Shown: one piece after another, positions 1 to 12,691 of the stretch
How the letters are laid out: every line of letters starts with the position of its first letter
How positions within the stretch are numbered: position 1 is the first letter of the stretch
NCBI RefSeq assembly: GCF_006345805.1
Contig: NW_021833801.1
Span: 1 to 58,702, forward strand
Length of the DNA: 58,702 nucleotides
DNA from: Octopus sinensis
Lineage: Eukaryota
Reading direction: 5' to 3'
The notes under the pieces: generated by a model
What the model saw: only the letters and a program-made list of their open reading frames with translations
The model's database searches: none
Told to the model about the DNA's origin: nothing
Translations under genes and position numbers: made by a program

Positions 1-544
1 TACAACCTTGAAATCTATATGCGCTAACAACTTCCTATCAAACCAGTGGAATCGAGTCAGTGACCGGGGCCAAAATTGGCGCAATCATGATTTTAATATC
101 AAATAATAAATGTTTAAGTGACATTAACAGTGTTTGTGTGCTTTTGAACAGCTAATATATCTCTTTAACGGTGTAACTGTCTTCGTTTAACATAAGGTCT
201 CATATCACTTCATATCACTAGTATGGCAACTACACCTCCGATTTAAATAAATGTTTTTTTCTTTCTTAAATTATTCAATCCGTTACTGGCAGATCTCTAT
301 TCCTTATGGTTTCATTAATATTTTTCCATTTTTATTTGATTTAATTTTTTTTCTCACCAAACGTTCTCTTGCATCTCCAGCACTTCACGATTCTTTTTCT
401 GATTTTTTTTAGTTTTTCTTTTTTTAGGTTAATTGTTGATTTATCACTACTGCCTTCTTTAAATAAATCTTTTTATTCGTCTGACATTAATTTTTGATAC
501 CTTTCAAAAGAAATATATATTCAGCTTTTCTCTCATCTCTCCCT

Positions 545-564
545 CTCTTTCTCTATACATAACA

Positions 565-597
<33 letters not shown>

Positions 598-599
598 TA

Positions 600-645
<46 letters not shown>

Positions 646-673
646 GCATATATATATATGTATGTATGTATAT

Positions 674-706
<33 letters not shown>

Positions 707-880
707 ACATATATACTATATATACATAGATATACATATATATATACGTATATATATACGTATATATATATATATATATATACGTATATATATAATATAA
801 TATATTTATATATATGGATTCATGTATGGACGTATGTATGTGCATTTATATACAATTTATATATACATATATATGTATAT

Positions 881-914
<34 letters not shown>

Positions 915-960
915 ATGCATGCATGACATGCACATGCATACTACTTAAATATATACGTAT
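545..960. repeat. Compound (CATA)n/(TA)n microsatellite
   Basis: Directly visible; accounts for ORFs 606..845, 644..1243 and 880..1089. Confidence 0.95.
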
Positions 961-1823
961 ATATAAAGACAAGTGCTCACACACACATATACATACATGC
1001 GCGCCCACAAATATATTTTCGTTCGTTCGTATGTTTACGTCTATTTCTCTTGTTAATATATTTTTACTATTTCTATTTAATCGAATCACATTTTTTCCTA
1101 TCGATTTGTGTCATCAGGAGATTTGCATGTTATCTCTACCACTTTACATATCTTTATATATCTTTGATAATTATCTAAGAAAGCTTCACTCCTATCTCTT
1201 TCATGTTAATCCCACAAGGACTACCATTTTCATATATTCATGATTATTTAGCGATTTGTATTTAATAATTTTTCCCTTTTAAGTCACACATTTTTATCAA
1301 TAGACAGAATTTTAACATAGATTTCAATTTTATTTCAAATGGGGGATTTCATTCATACAGCACCGTTTGTGCAGAGTGTGGCACTCACTTCAATTTATAT
1401 GCTCATACATATAATTTTTTTTATAACTTAATAATAACTTTCTTTTTCACATTCCAAATTTCTTTTTGCCAATAGCTAAAATTTTATTGACAACGTCTTT
1501 ACCGTTTAACAGTCACGTATAGGGTTTGCTTTTTATTAATTGTAAGTCGTGTATCATAATTTTTTCTTTTCTATTTATAAGCATCTACTGCTACTTCTCC
1601 AAATTTTCTTTTCGGTCTATTGCAATAATAAAAGACTTCATGTGTGTGTGTGTGTGAATTATGTGTTGTATAAGTATAAGTACGACTGCAAAATTTATGC
1701 TTAGAGCTCCAGATGGATTTACATAACCCAGTTTGCTTTCTGTATAGTTGTTAATTAACAATCACACTTGGAAGTGTTACCAGTTATGAGCTACATAAAG
1801 ATAAATATGAATGCCAGATTATT

Positions 1824-1920
1824 AAAGTTCCTACACGCGTTTCTGCATTATGGATCCCTGCGATAAATGTTCCGAACACATATAAATGCTCAACCACAAC
1901 TGATCTTCAGGGAACACTTT
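1824..1920 (-). ncRNA. Type I hammerhead ribozyme-like motif with intact core
   Basis: Minus strand: GTTCC-CTGAAGA-(~60 nt stem II region, weakly paired)-GAAA-CGCGTG-TA-GGAAC. Stem I GTTCC/GGAAC, GUA cleavage triplet, near-palindromic stem III. Confidence 0.6.
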
Positions 1921-1952
1921 ATTGCATTATGTATACATATATATATATGGGG

Positions 1953-2246
1953 AGCACTCCGTAGGTTACGACGACGAGGATCACAGCTGATACGATCTAC
2001 GGAACAGCTTGCTCGTGAAATTAACGGGTAAGTGGCTGAGCACTCCACAGACACGTGTACACTTAAGGTAGTTCTCAGGGAGATTATTCAGCGTGACACA
2101 GAGTGTGACAAGGCTGGCCCTTTGAAATACAGGTACTACTCATGTTTGCCACCTGAGTGGACTGGAGGAACGTGAAATAAAGTGTCTTGCTCAAGGACAC
2201 AACGCGTCGCCGGGAATTGAACTCACAACCGTACGATTGTGAGCCG
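1953..2246 (-). mobile_element. tRNA-derived SINE, family C (CORE-like central segment)
   Basis: Minus strand has B-box-like GAGTTCAATTCC followed by GTGTCCTTGAGCAAGACAC; homologous copy at 8851-9144. Confidence 0.75.
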
Positions 2247-2537
2247 TGACTTAGTGGTTAGAGAATATATATATTTAAAATAATAAGGGTGAAAAATTGA
2301 ATATTAATTCGATTAACATCAATTTAAAACCAGTGGTCTAGCATATTGAAAAATCTGAAGTTTCAGAAAAAATTATAATACATACATATAAGAGGATTGA
2401 CCTGTAAGTGGACATCCATTATGCTGGAAGAAGATCCGCTATGGTCTTACCACTAAGAAAGGAATGTTCTCAAGAAAATTTAGCAAACGCCAGAACGTAA
2501 GCGAGCAAGACAAACGAAAAGATACAAAATACAGATT

Positions 2538-2611
2538 AATCACAAGCCAGGTTTCGTTGTTAACTCTTACGTAATCATTTACGTAATCATCCGCAACTCA
2601 TCAGTGTGATC
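2538..2611 (-). ncRNA. Degenerate type I hammerhead-like motif
   Basis: Minus strand: GATCACA-CTGATGA-GTTG...CAAC-GAAA-CCTGG-CT-TGTGATT. 7-bp stem I and 4-bp stem II; the U16.1 position is C. Confidence 0.55.
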
Positions 2612-3179
2612 GTCTTTGCAAGTATAATATGAAGAACTATACACGGGACGTCCGCGTGAGATTGAACATGTATACAGTTCTACCAATTACAATTGGGGTC
2701 ACTTTTCAAAAATCTTCGTTTTGGCGCGCCAAACTACCGGAAATAATCCTGCAGAAAATAATTCAGTGATGAACGCATTCTTCGAACGGCGCGGGTGCTA
2801 GTGGGTGTTTCCATGGTTGATATCCAGGGCCGTGCTCTAAGTGCACAGGGTTAACCAGCTGTCTGGTTCCTCTGGTAAGGTTCAGAGATCTCATTCCAGC
2901 CATTATCCTTTTCCAGTAGTTGGTGGGGGATGGATTTTATTTTGAGAACTTTTTTAACTAGTTCATGTCATGACCTGCCGCCCGGAAGATGTCAGATGGC
3001 AGACCGACAGGAATTCCTGTAACAGAGAAACGAAAGACAGAGCCATCTTGCAGTCTCCAATTAATATTACCTCCGAGCTATTTCCTGTAGGATGATGAGG
3101 GTGTTGGTGGCGGCGATGACAGAAGTGGTAATGAGATTGTATATGCTCCATTAGCAGTATGTAAACGCAGACAAATCAC

Positions 3180-3217
3180 TATTATCATTGTTATTATTAT
3201 TATTATTATTATTATCA

Positions 3218-3312
<95 letters not shown>

Positions 3313-3315
3313 GTT

Positions 3316-3346
<31 letters not shown>

Positions 3347-3395
3347 CAGCAGCTGTAGCAGCAGCTGTAGCAGCAGCTGTAGCAGCAGTAGTAGT
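3180..3395. repeat. (ATT)n/(GTA)n/(GCA)n trinucleotide tract
   Basis: Directly visible. Confidence 0.95.
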
Positions 3396-3543
3396 GCGAT
3401 CAGGAAGCAAAAAAAAAGCGTCACAACCGTTGCGGTCAGCAAAGGTCAGACGTGTTTACTACCACAAACGACCAATGAGAGGGATGACCTTCGCCTTGGA
3501 AAGAGCCCGCTTACTTTGTTCAATTGCAAATAGAAAAAATAAC

Positions 3544-3592
<49 letters not shown>

Positions 3593-4235
3593 CACACACA
3601 CACATACGCATATATTTATATTTTCATCGTTGAATTTTCCTTGCATTTTTATAGCTTTTGTCGTGGTTTAGTTTTCGTAATTGTGTAGTTTGTAAACATC
3701 GTCACTTGTTTATCTCTTAAAGTTTCGAAGATTTTAAAGACGATCGTTTGTGTGTTCGGCCACAGAAAATTGTGGAAATGTAAGATTTTCATCTTATTTT
3801 AGAGGAAATTTTTGTCGTGCGTTTAGTAGTGTTTTTGCAATAAAGGATGTTTACTTATTCGAGTAGTCAGGGAGAAAGAGACAAAATTTTCACAGAGAAT
3901 TGTAGTTAACAAAGGTTTTTTTAATTTTCTAATGGTGATCGTTTGTGTATTCAGCCAAAGGAAACTGTGGTGTTCTAGTACTGAAAGGATATTTACATTG
4001 TCAGGAGAGGATAGGTATTCACAGAATGGTGTAAGTATTAAAGTTTCGAATTTTTTAAAGATGTTCATTTGTTTGTTCGGTCAAAGAAAAGTGTGGATAT
4101 CCAAAATTTCCAACTCGTTTTGAAGGAAATTTTAATTATTCACAAGAAATTGTAGATATTCTAGTATTTTTAGTTATTTAGCAGTTCAGTTCTATATTTA
4201 AGAGATGAGAAATTATGTGCATTATTTAAATAATA

Positions 4236-4285
<50 letters not shown>

Positions 4286-4296
4286 TAATAATAATA

Positions 4297-4851
4297 AATG
4301 CCCTGATGCAGTACCAGGCAGTGGCTCTCATGGCTTCTGATCTTAACTGACTGGAAGTGTTATCATGTACATTGTTTTGTCTTGGTATAAAAGATGGGCT
4401 ACAGCAAATATTCTGCTCAATACCACAGGTTTGCTTGTCAGTTGTTTGACCTTAACCAGTTGAGCATGTCCCTTAGTGGCTGACGATATGTGCATCTCTG
4501 ATCACGAGCAGAAGTAGTGGGGGAGCATCATGGCCATATGTTGAGAGGGATTCTTTGGAGTTGAATGGTTCACCTCTGGAAAATAGTTGTGTTTCGTTCA
4601 ACATCCTAAAGCAACCTTATTCAGGGACCGTTTGAGCAGGATGGCTACTCAACCTGAAGAAAATTCTAACTGGGCCCCACCTGCAAGGTCATGTGTTGTT
4701 TATCTTGATATGAGATCACCATGTCGCGCACATATGGTTGTGATGCATGTGCCTGGTGTACCCTTATCAGACGGGTAGTCATGATGGGTATATTGGGCTT
4801 CGTATATTTTACCCCAGTGTCACTTTGATGGCATGAACTGCTCTCTCACTC
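4297..4851. mobile_element. ~555-bp unclassified interspersed repeat embedded in (AAT)n, copy 1
   Basis: Same ends and high similarity to 32261-32815; both copies flanked by (AAT)n on each side. Confidence 0.8.
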
Positions 4852-4877
4852 AATAATAATAATAATAATAATAATAA

Positions 4878-4976
4878 CCATCAGAGCATCACAACAAATC
4901 ACAGCATATACCCAAGACACGCAGAGCTGCGCTCGGTAGTGAAGTGAAATCACGCTATAAAAATATAACTACTGAC

Positions 4977-4977
<1 letters not shown>
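4878..4977 (+). mobile_element. Short insert in (AAT)n, possibly the 3' UTR of an R4/Dong-type LINE
   Basis: Non-microsatellite 100 bp ending directly in (AAT)n. Family assignment is from recollection only. Confidence 0.35.
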
Positions 4978-5034
<57 letters not shown>

Positions 5035-5036
5035 TA

Positions 5037-5095
<59 letters not shown>

Positions 5096-5390
5096 GCCTT
5101 TGCACAGTTTCTAACGCTGGAGATGTACTTCAGTGTCAGCTGCTCACTACAAGTGAACTAAGGTAACACCTCTTATTTTTCGAGCACCTTCCGAAGTATT
5201 CGAGCAGTTCCAAGCAGTGCTGTTTTCTGCAAGTGCTCCACCCTTATTACAGCCCCGTTTTTGTTCCACGTACTTCTCGAGATTTTTGCTCACTGTTCCC
5301 AGGGCTCCGACAATTATTGTTACTACTGCTACCTTTTTCCTCGACCACAACTGCTTAACTTCCCAAGCTAACCTGTCATATCTCGATTAT
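5096..5390 (-). mobile_element. R4/Dong-clade (RLE-type) non-LTR retrotransposon, 3' fragment
   Basis: With one frameshift it reads RYDRLAWEVKQLWSRKKVAVVTIIVGALGTVSKNLEKYVEQ/GAVIRVEHLQKTALLGTARILRKVLEK*, a typical R4/Dong C-terminus. A short 3' UTR runs into (AAT)n. Confidence 0.8.
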
Positions 5391-5702
5391 CAATAATAAT
5401 AATAGCAAGAATCGGTAGACGATACAGAGTGACTCAAAGGCTCATAGTTTCGTACATTGACACTTGTCAAACCGCCTACAAAAATAAAAGAGACAACAAT
5501 TGTCAAATATGTCGAATAATTCTCTGGATTCTTCTAGAACAAATTAGAAAACCAACAATTGTAACATTATGCGGATAATGTATTTTCCCAGAAAGTTTTC
5601 CAGTTAAGCAATTAACATTGAATAAATAAATACACACGGGAAAAAATATTTGCATATATTCTAACACACATAAACGAATGTGCAATTAAATCTATATGCA
5701 TG

Positions 5703-5738
<36 letters not shown>

Positions 5739-5790
5739 ATATATATATATATATATATACATACATACAAACAAACATACCTATATATAT

Positions 5791-5826
<36 letters not shown>

Positions 5827-7682
5827 ATTATCATTATATCTGTCTGTGTATCTATCCAACTATCTATCTATAAAATTTTGTTAGATAATTTTATACAGAA
5901 ATATTGTTAATTTATTACCCTTCCTACGCAAATTATCTGAAATTTGTAGTTGCTTGTAGTATAATTCCTTTCTTTCATTAGTGAAATACTTACATTCTTA
6001 CCAACTTGGTTTAGCACACAAAACGTTATTGTCTTTTCAACATTTTCAATTATTGTTAATTACATACGTCATAGCATTTGCAGCTAATTTAACTTTTTAA
6101 CTTTGGGTAATTCATAAATGCCTTAATGCAGTAATTAGCCGAGTGGTTCGTTCTTTATATTAGTATCCACCTTAGTGTAATCCTTCCAAATCTGACCACT
6201 GTGTTTGAATACTGCAAAAGTAAGCTTTGCCTTCGAAACTTTCGAGTCCTGTAAATTTTAGTTCTTATTTCTCCCTGCCTGTCTCAGTTTCTTGAAGAAA
6301 TCACGTTAGTCACACTTGAAGAGAAATGTATCACACCAGATCTAAAAATACCCTATGCACGCCACCGGAAGTTACAGCGACACCCCTATGATTCAATCAG
6401 GATCCAAAACATTTCATTTCTAATCTAATATTTTATCAATTACTAGAAGACAAACCCGGCCTTGCTCGGAACTAAAATAGTTTATTATTGTTTTACTTGT
6501 TTCGGTACTATAACCCGGCTTCATTCTTGTCTACGCGGGTCACAGTTTAAAGGATGAAGAATGTTGCTCTGGAGGTCCAGCGTTTCAAATGAACAAACTC
6601 GAAATTGCTATGCAAACTCGCCAGCACTTTTAACATGAGTGTGCAAATTTTCAGCTTAATCCGACCACATATGCGAACATTATATATATATACATACGCA
6701 ATAAATATGTATGCACATATATACGCATTATATACATATATACGCATTATATACATACACACGCATATATATATACGCATTATATATACATATGTATACA
6801 CATTATATATATATATACACACACATTAATATATCTAAATATATATATATACATCTGATTAATAATATCTGTTATCATTATTGTGTGGTGGTCGTGGGCG
6901 ATAATAATTCACCGTTGTAAAAGCCCTGTAGCGGGAATATTTAAACTTCAAGAGAGTGAAATAAATTTCCGACTCAATATAATTAATTACTATTTTATTC
7001 CTCTCCCTTAATCACACTTGTGGCTGTCAACACATTCTCTCTATAGATACAGAAAGAAGTACAGAGAGAGAGGCTGGGGGAGAAAGAGCGACAGAGAGAC
7101 AGCGAATACGGAGAGGGAAAGAGAGTGAGTAGAAACTGTCAAAAGCCGTTATAGAGATAAAGAGGAGAGAAGGGGGAAACAGTGAGATGGAAGAAGAAAG
7201 GGTGATAACCGTAAGAGAGAAACAACACACACTTGTCAAAGTCTGTTTAAAGACGATAAATTTTCACTCTTTTTGCCATAGCAACCACATCTCTATAGCT
7301 TGCGAATTTTTAATCATCGCGGGTCTCATCCTCACCACGCATTTAGTATCCCTGCAAATTTTCAGCTCGATCCTAGCCACGGTTTGGCCGCCATTAACTG
7401 TCAAAGAAAAACATGCATACAATTTTCGTCCAAGGACTGTTTTGTAGATATAAATAATTTCATACATTCCGAAACAAATTTTCGAGCTCCCTCGTCATAT
7501 CATACAATAAATATATCTCTGCGCATCCCTTGTATCACATGCAATACAGAGTAAATGCTTCTCTGGCGTCCATACATCATTTACAAAGCACACTCCTAAA
7601 GTTTTTTAACTACCAGAGTAACTTAGGACGTATGGAAGGGGAGCTTTATATTGCTCAGAACGTATGAAGCAAGCACTAACTA

Positions 7683-8115
7683 GGTCCAGATGTGGCTGTA
7701 TGATAAGAAGTTACTTCCCAACCACATGGTTCCAGGTTCAGTTCCACTGCATGGCATCTCGTTACAAGTGTCTTTGCCTCGGGATAACCAAAGATTTATG
7801 AGTGGATTTGGTAGATGGAAACTGAAAGAAGCCCGTTGTATATATGCATATATCTATCTATGTGTGTGTGTGCGCGTGTGTGTGTGTGTGTGTGTGTGTG
7901 CATGTGTGTCTATACTTGTCCCACCATCACCATTTGACAATAGGTATTGGTGTGTTTACGTCCCTGTAACTTAGGGTTTCGATAAAAGTGACTGATTGAA
8001 TAAGTACTAGACTTAAGAAATAAGTGGTGGGATCTATTTGCTCGACTAAAACCCTTCGAGGTGGTGCTCCAGTATGGCCGCAATTAAATGACTGAAACAA
8101 GCAAAAGAATAAATG
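7683..8115 (+). mobile_element. tRNA-derived SINE, family A (bipartite with central TA/TG microsatellite), diverged
   Basis: Aligns by eye with 57268-57683. Confidence 0.8.
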
Positions 8116-8850
8116 AATGAAGCCATTTACAGCCTGAAAGCAATAATGGACGTTGAAGACAAGTTTATAAAAATTCTTTGGCCAGGCAACGGGTTAATGA
8201 ATACTTCTTTAACGATGACATAAAACCCAACTTATACGATTTCTTGCAGAATTAATTTAAGTGAATCTAACAGCCTCTTTGAATGGTTTATGTGTGTATT
8301 CCACGCTGAAACTGTTTTAGGTTTCAAATCAAATCACTTGTGGAGCAAGTACATCTCCATAATTTATTTTGATTCTATTTACAGAATATCGAATTCTTTT
8401 TCTTTTTTTTTTACAAAAAGTACAATTTTTGTATTTTTAATATGTTCAAAAGAAAATTCTCTAAAATGGTTTTTAAGCTTCAGTTATTCGGTACAGCAAA
8501 ATTTCTTTCATTATTAAATCGAAAGTGTTGATAAGATATTTAGCTAACGCAATTTAAAATTCATCTCGTGGTGCTTTTTTTGCTTTTTCTTTTAAGCTTT
8601 ACGTGAAATATATCGTGCAGAATGGTTAGTACATCGGAAACAATGCTTAGCGCTGTTTCTTCCGGCTACTTTACGCTTTCAGTTCAAATCTCTGCTGTTG
8701 TCAACTATACTTTTCATCAATCGGGATCGATAAAATAACGAAGTTCAGCACTAGGATCAATGTATTCGACTTGTTCCCTCTGCTCGCCTCGAACCCTGCA
8801 ACGGACTGACGGAGTGTTTAGAGGAATGTTCTAGTGTCGGTCACTTACAC

Positions 8851-9144
8851 TGGCACTTCGTCGGTTACGACGACGAGCGTTTCAGGTGATCCGATCAACG
8901 GAACAGACTGCTCGTGAAATTAGCGTACAACGGTCTGAACATTCCACAGACATGCGCACCCTTAACGTAGTTCTCAGGGAGATCTAGCATGACATAGAAT
9001 GGGGCAAGGCTAGCCCTTTGAAATACAGGTACTGCTCATGTTTTTGCTAGTCGAGTGGACTGGGGCAACACACCGCCGAGAATGGAAGTCACAACTTTAC
9101 GATCGTAACCCGAATGCCCTAACCACAAAGCCACGTACCTTCAC
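8851..9144 (-). mobile_element. SINE family C
   Basis: Homologous to 1953-2246; tRNA-like head at the right end. Confidence 0.7.
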
Positions 9145-9185
9145 CTATATACACCAAGATCATGATCCGGTTTGTTGTACAAATC

Positions 9186-9318
9186 TTATTTCTTTATTGC
9201 CCAGAAGGAGTTAAACATAGAGGGGACAAACAATGACAAAGGGATTAAGTCGATTACATCGACACCAGTGAGTAACTGGTACTTAATTTATCGACCCCGA
9301 AAGGATGAAAGGTAAAGG
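9186..9318 (-). mobile_element. SINE family B, 3' fragment
   Basis: Reverse complement of the tail of 12692-13108. Confidence 0.75.
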
Positions 9319-9319
9319 T

Positions 9320-9887
9320 TTTTATGTGCTAAGCCACTTGGTGTTAAACTGATGGTATTATTAAATTGATATCTAATTTTTCACCCTCATTTATGAATTT
9401 ATAAATTTAATGATACTGCAGTAAATATTATATGCAGTATTCGTTTCCACTAAGTCTTACCATGCTTTTGGCGGGGAACCTGAATCACAACTATGTATGC
9501 AATCGATTGGACCGCATGTGTATTTGACGCTCGTGAGGGTCTAATAAATTGTATCGAAGACGAATGCTGCTGATGATTTATAGATAAATATGTGAATATA
9601 ATTGCATATTATATTAATAAAGAAAGACTTGTTCAGCATTAATCTATCTTTTCGTTGTATTTCACTTTCCTTACGTTGAAGGTAATGTTATCTCTTGGTG
9701 GAATCAACTTCGGTGGCTATACCAGAATAAGGAGCTATTTCTAGCACTATAGTTAACCACTTAGCGGTAACTCTCTTATATTTATGTATATTTGTATTGT
9801 CTCCCTGGTCTTTTATGTGCTAAGCCACTTGGTGTTAAACTGATGGTATTATTAACTTAATATCTAATTTTTCACCCTCATTTATGA

Positions 9888-9889
<2 letters not shown>
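9320..9889 (+). mobile_element. 491-bp unit with 79-bp terminal direct repeat, carrying a hammerhead-like motif at 9563-9640
   Basis: 9320-9398 approx. equals 9811-9889. Motif: AATGCTG-CTGATGA-TTTA...TAAA-GAAA-GACTTG-TT-CAGCATT. Confidence 0.6.
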
Positions 9890-9921
<32 letters not shown>

Positions 9922-9924
9922 GTG

Positions 9925-10125
9925 CGTGTGTTTGTCCCCCTAGCATTGCTTGACCACCGATGCTGGTGTGTTTACGTCCCCGTCACTTAGCGGTTCGGCA
10001 AAAGAGCCCGATAGAATAAGTACTGGGCTTACAAAGAATAAGCCCCGGGGTCTATTTGCTTTACTAAAGGCGGTGCTCCAGCATGGCCGCAGTCAAATGA
10101 CTGAAACACGTAAAAGAGTAAAGAG
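9925..10125 (+). mobile_element. SINE family A, 3' half
   Basis: Matches the 3' half of 57268-57683. Confidence 0.85.
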
Positions 10126-10161
10126 TAATCAAAAGATAATTTTTTAAATCTCACACATACT

Positions 10162-10262
<101 letters not shown>

Positions 10263-10659
10263 CTGAGATGTCTCTCTTATCGTCATCGCAGAACCGATAA
10301 ATTCTATAATTGAGGAACAAAACAAAACGAAACAAAAATAAACATAAAAAAAACACAATGTAGACCATAAGGGAAAAAAAAAAAAATGAAAAATGAATAC
10401 AGAATAATTCCAATGATTGATAACTGTAATTGAGTATGAGTGACTCAATGTCCAGTGGATTGAAAATATCAGCGGGAGATGGCCGAATGATATATATTCA
10501 CTGGTTTCTGAGATGATGTTCCACATTGTGGGTAAACAATCGTGAATAGCGAGTATGTATCGGCATAACTATGTATGTATGTATGTATGTATGTATGTAT
10601 GTATGTATGTATGTATGTATGTATGTATGTATGTATATACGTATCTCTCTCTCTCACTC

Positions 10660-10712
<53 letters not shown>

Positions 10713-10716
<4 letters not shown>

Positions 10717-11552
10717 CAAAATATTACATTTTATAAAGGGCTTAGTAAAATAAATTACTTTGCCACATACTGAACTCATTAGAAATAGCAGCCCAAAAAA
10801 TTTTTTTAGCCATTTCTAATACTTAAAGAAAATTTCTCTCAGATAGTGTTTACTCAAAATAACCCACGAAGGTATGGGGGTAAAAACATTAAAAAATCAC
10901 AAGTGCAAAGATTATTTGAGAACGTACGTTTCTAGATCAGCCAAATACAATTCGACATTTCTTTCGTCAGCTCAAAATTTCTTAATTCGGATTTGTAAAC
11001 ACTGAAAGTAGGATCATACCCTTTTGGCGACTTTTCACCTCCGAAGATCCGTTCAAACTAGCAGTGCCAACAAATTCAAAATATGCAAGCGAAGAATTTC
11101 TGCCCTCCCTTTCCACCCACGTGGGCTAAACTAGCAAACACCATGTTTTATCGGTGAAAACCGAAGCAATAAACAGAGAGAAATGAATTATAATTTCAAC
11201 AATTGAGGGTAAAATTAATTAATTATTAATCAATTTCACCAAGTATTCAGTATGTAAAGGGACCATTTAAGGCGAATTCAAAATATTACATTTTATAAAG
11301 GGCTTAGTAAAATAAATTACTTTGCCACATACTGAACTCATTAGAAATAGCAGCCCAAAAAATTTTTTTAGCCATTTCTAATACTTAAAGAAAATTTCTC
11401 TCAGATAGTGTTTACTCAAAATAACCCACGAAGGTATGGGGGTAAAAACATTAAAAAATCACAAGTGCAAAGATTATTTGAGAACGTACGTTTCTAGATC
11501 AGCCAAATACAATTCGACATTTCTTTCGTCAGCTCAAAATTTCTTAATTCGG

Positions 11553-11554
<2 letters not shown>
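10713..11554 (-). mobile_element. Retrozyme-like element: two 280-bp direct repeats 562 bp apart, each with a type I hammerhead-like motif
   Basis: 10713-10992 matches 11275-11554; (TA)n on both flanks. Motifs at 10915-10976 and 11477-11538 (minus strand). Confidence 0.7.
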
Positions 11555-11594
<40 letters not shown>

Positions 11595-11613
11595 TATATA
11601 TATATATATATAT

Positions 11614-11659
<46 letters not shown>

Positions 11660-12691
11660 TGTGAAGGCGACGTGGGTTAGTTGTTAGGGCATTCGTGTCA
11701 CGATAAGATCGTGATTTCAATTCCCGGTGACGTGTTGTGTCCTGATGGTCATGTTTCTTGTCATTCAATGTCTCTTCGCGAGAAAAGTGTACTGTGCTAC
11801 CAATATGAGTATTATTATTCGTAGATTTCGGCTGACTGATTTTGTCTGGAAGAGTGGCATATTTCTTTGCAAGAAATGTAGCTCGCTGACGTCATTGTCT
11901 CTCTGAAAAAAAAATCTAAGAATGTTGTGTGTTTCGTATCCCAACATTAAAAAAAATTCTTTTTATGTAGCCTATTGAGAGAACTTCCTTAGCCATTTTG
12001 TAGAACTGTTACAGGTCTTGGTTCAGTTCGAAAGCACACTGGAATTTTATCGCGAGTTCCGCGATGGACGATAAACTAACTCTGGGTTCTTCCTTCGCCA
12101 TGCTGTACGTAAAGTAATTTTCTACGCCGTATGTATTTCAGCGTTTGATGACTACTACGTTCTTTTCAAAAAAATGTCGTTTCTTTACCATTACTCAAAG
12201 CAGATAACCCATTTCTTTTACCAGGCTTGCATTAATGGCAGAAATTACAGAGGATAGTATTCATTTCCCGGGAAAATAAATAGTTCTATATGCTAACGTG
12301 TCTGTATTCTATTCGACGCCATGTTGTATGTATATATGCATATATGCATTTATTCAGTAGCAGGGATATTTATATTTTACTTAGCGCACTCTTTTCTATA
12401 GAAGGCATTGAATACCGATTTAGCAACAGCAATGCCATATTGCAGTGGAAGGTAATAACTCGATGAGTTTTGGGCCGCTGCTGATTACATATGTTATGAA
12501 TAAGTAATGTTATCGACATTTTCGGTGGCGATCGTGTGAAGTTTTAGGACTTTCCTTTATTTATTATATATTTCATGGCCATCTCCTGTTCTTGGATTGT
12601 AAGATTATATCTACGAGATACGGCATGATGTATTATAACCACAAGTCCATGAGAGGCAATACTTCGTATTAATATAAATCATCCTTATTAA

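Noticed and set aside
1360-1560. Cys-containing minus-strand fragments (RRC...SECHTLHKRCC) reminiscent of a transposase C-terminal zinc finger
   Set aside because: Multiple stops and no consistent frame; cannot be supported by eye.
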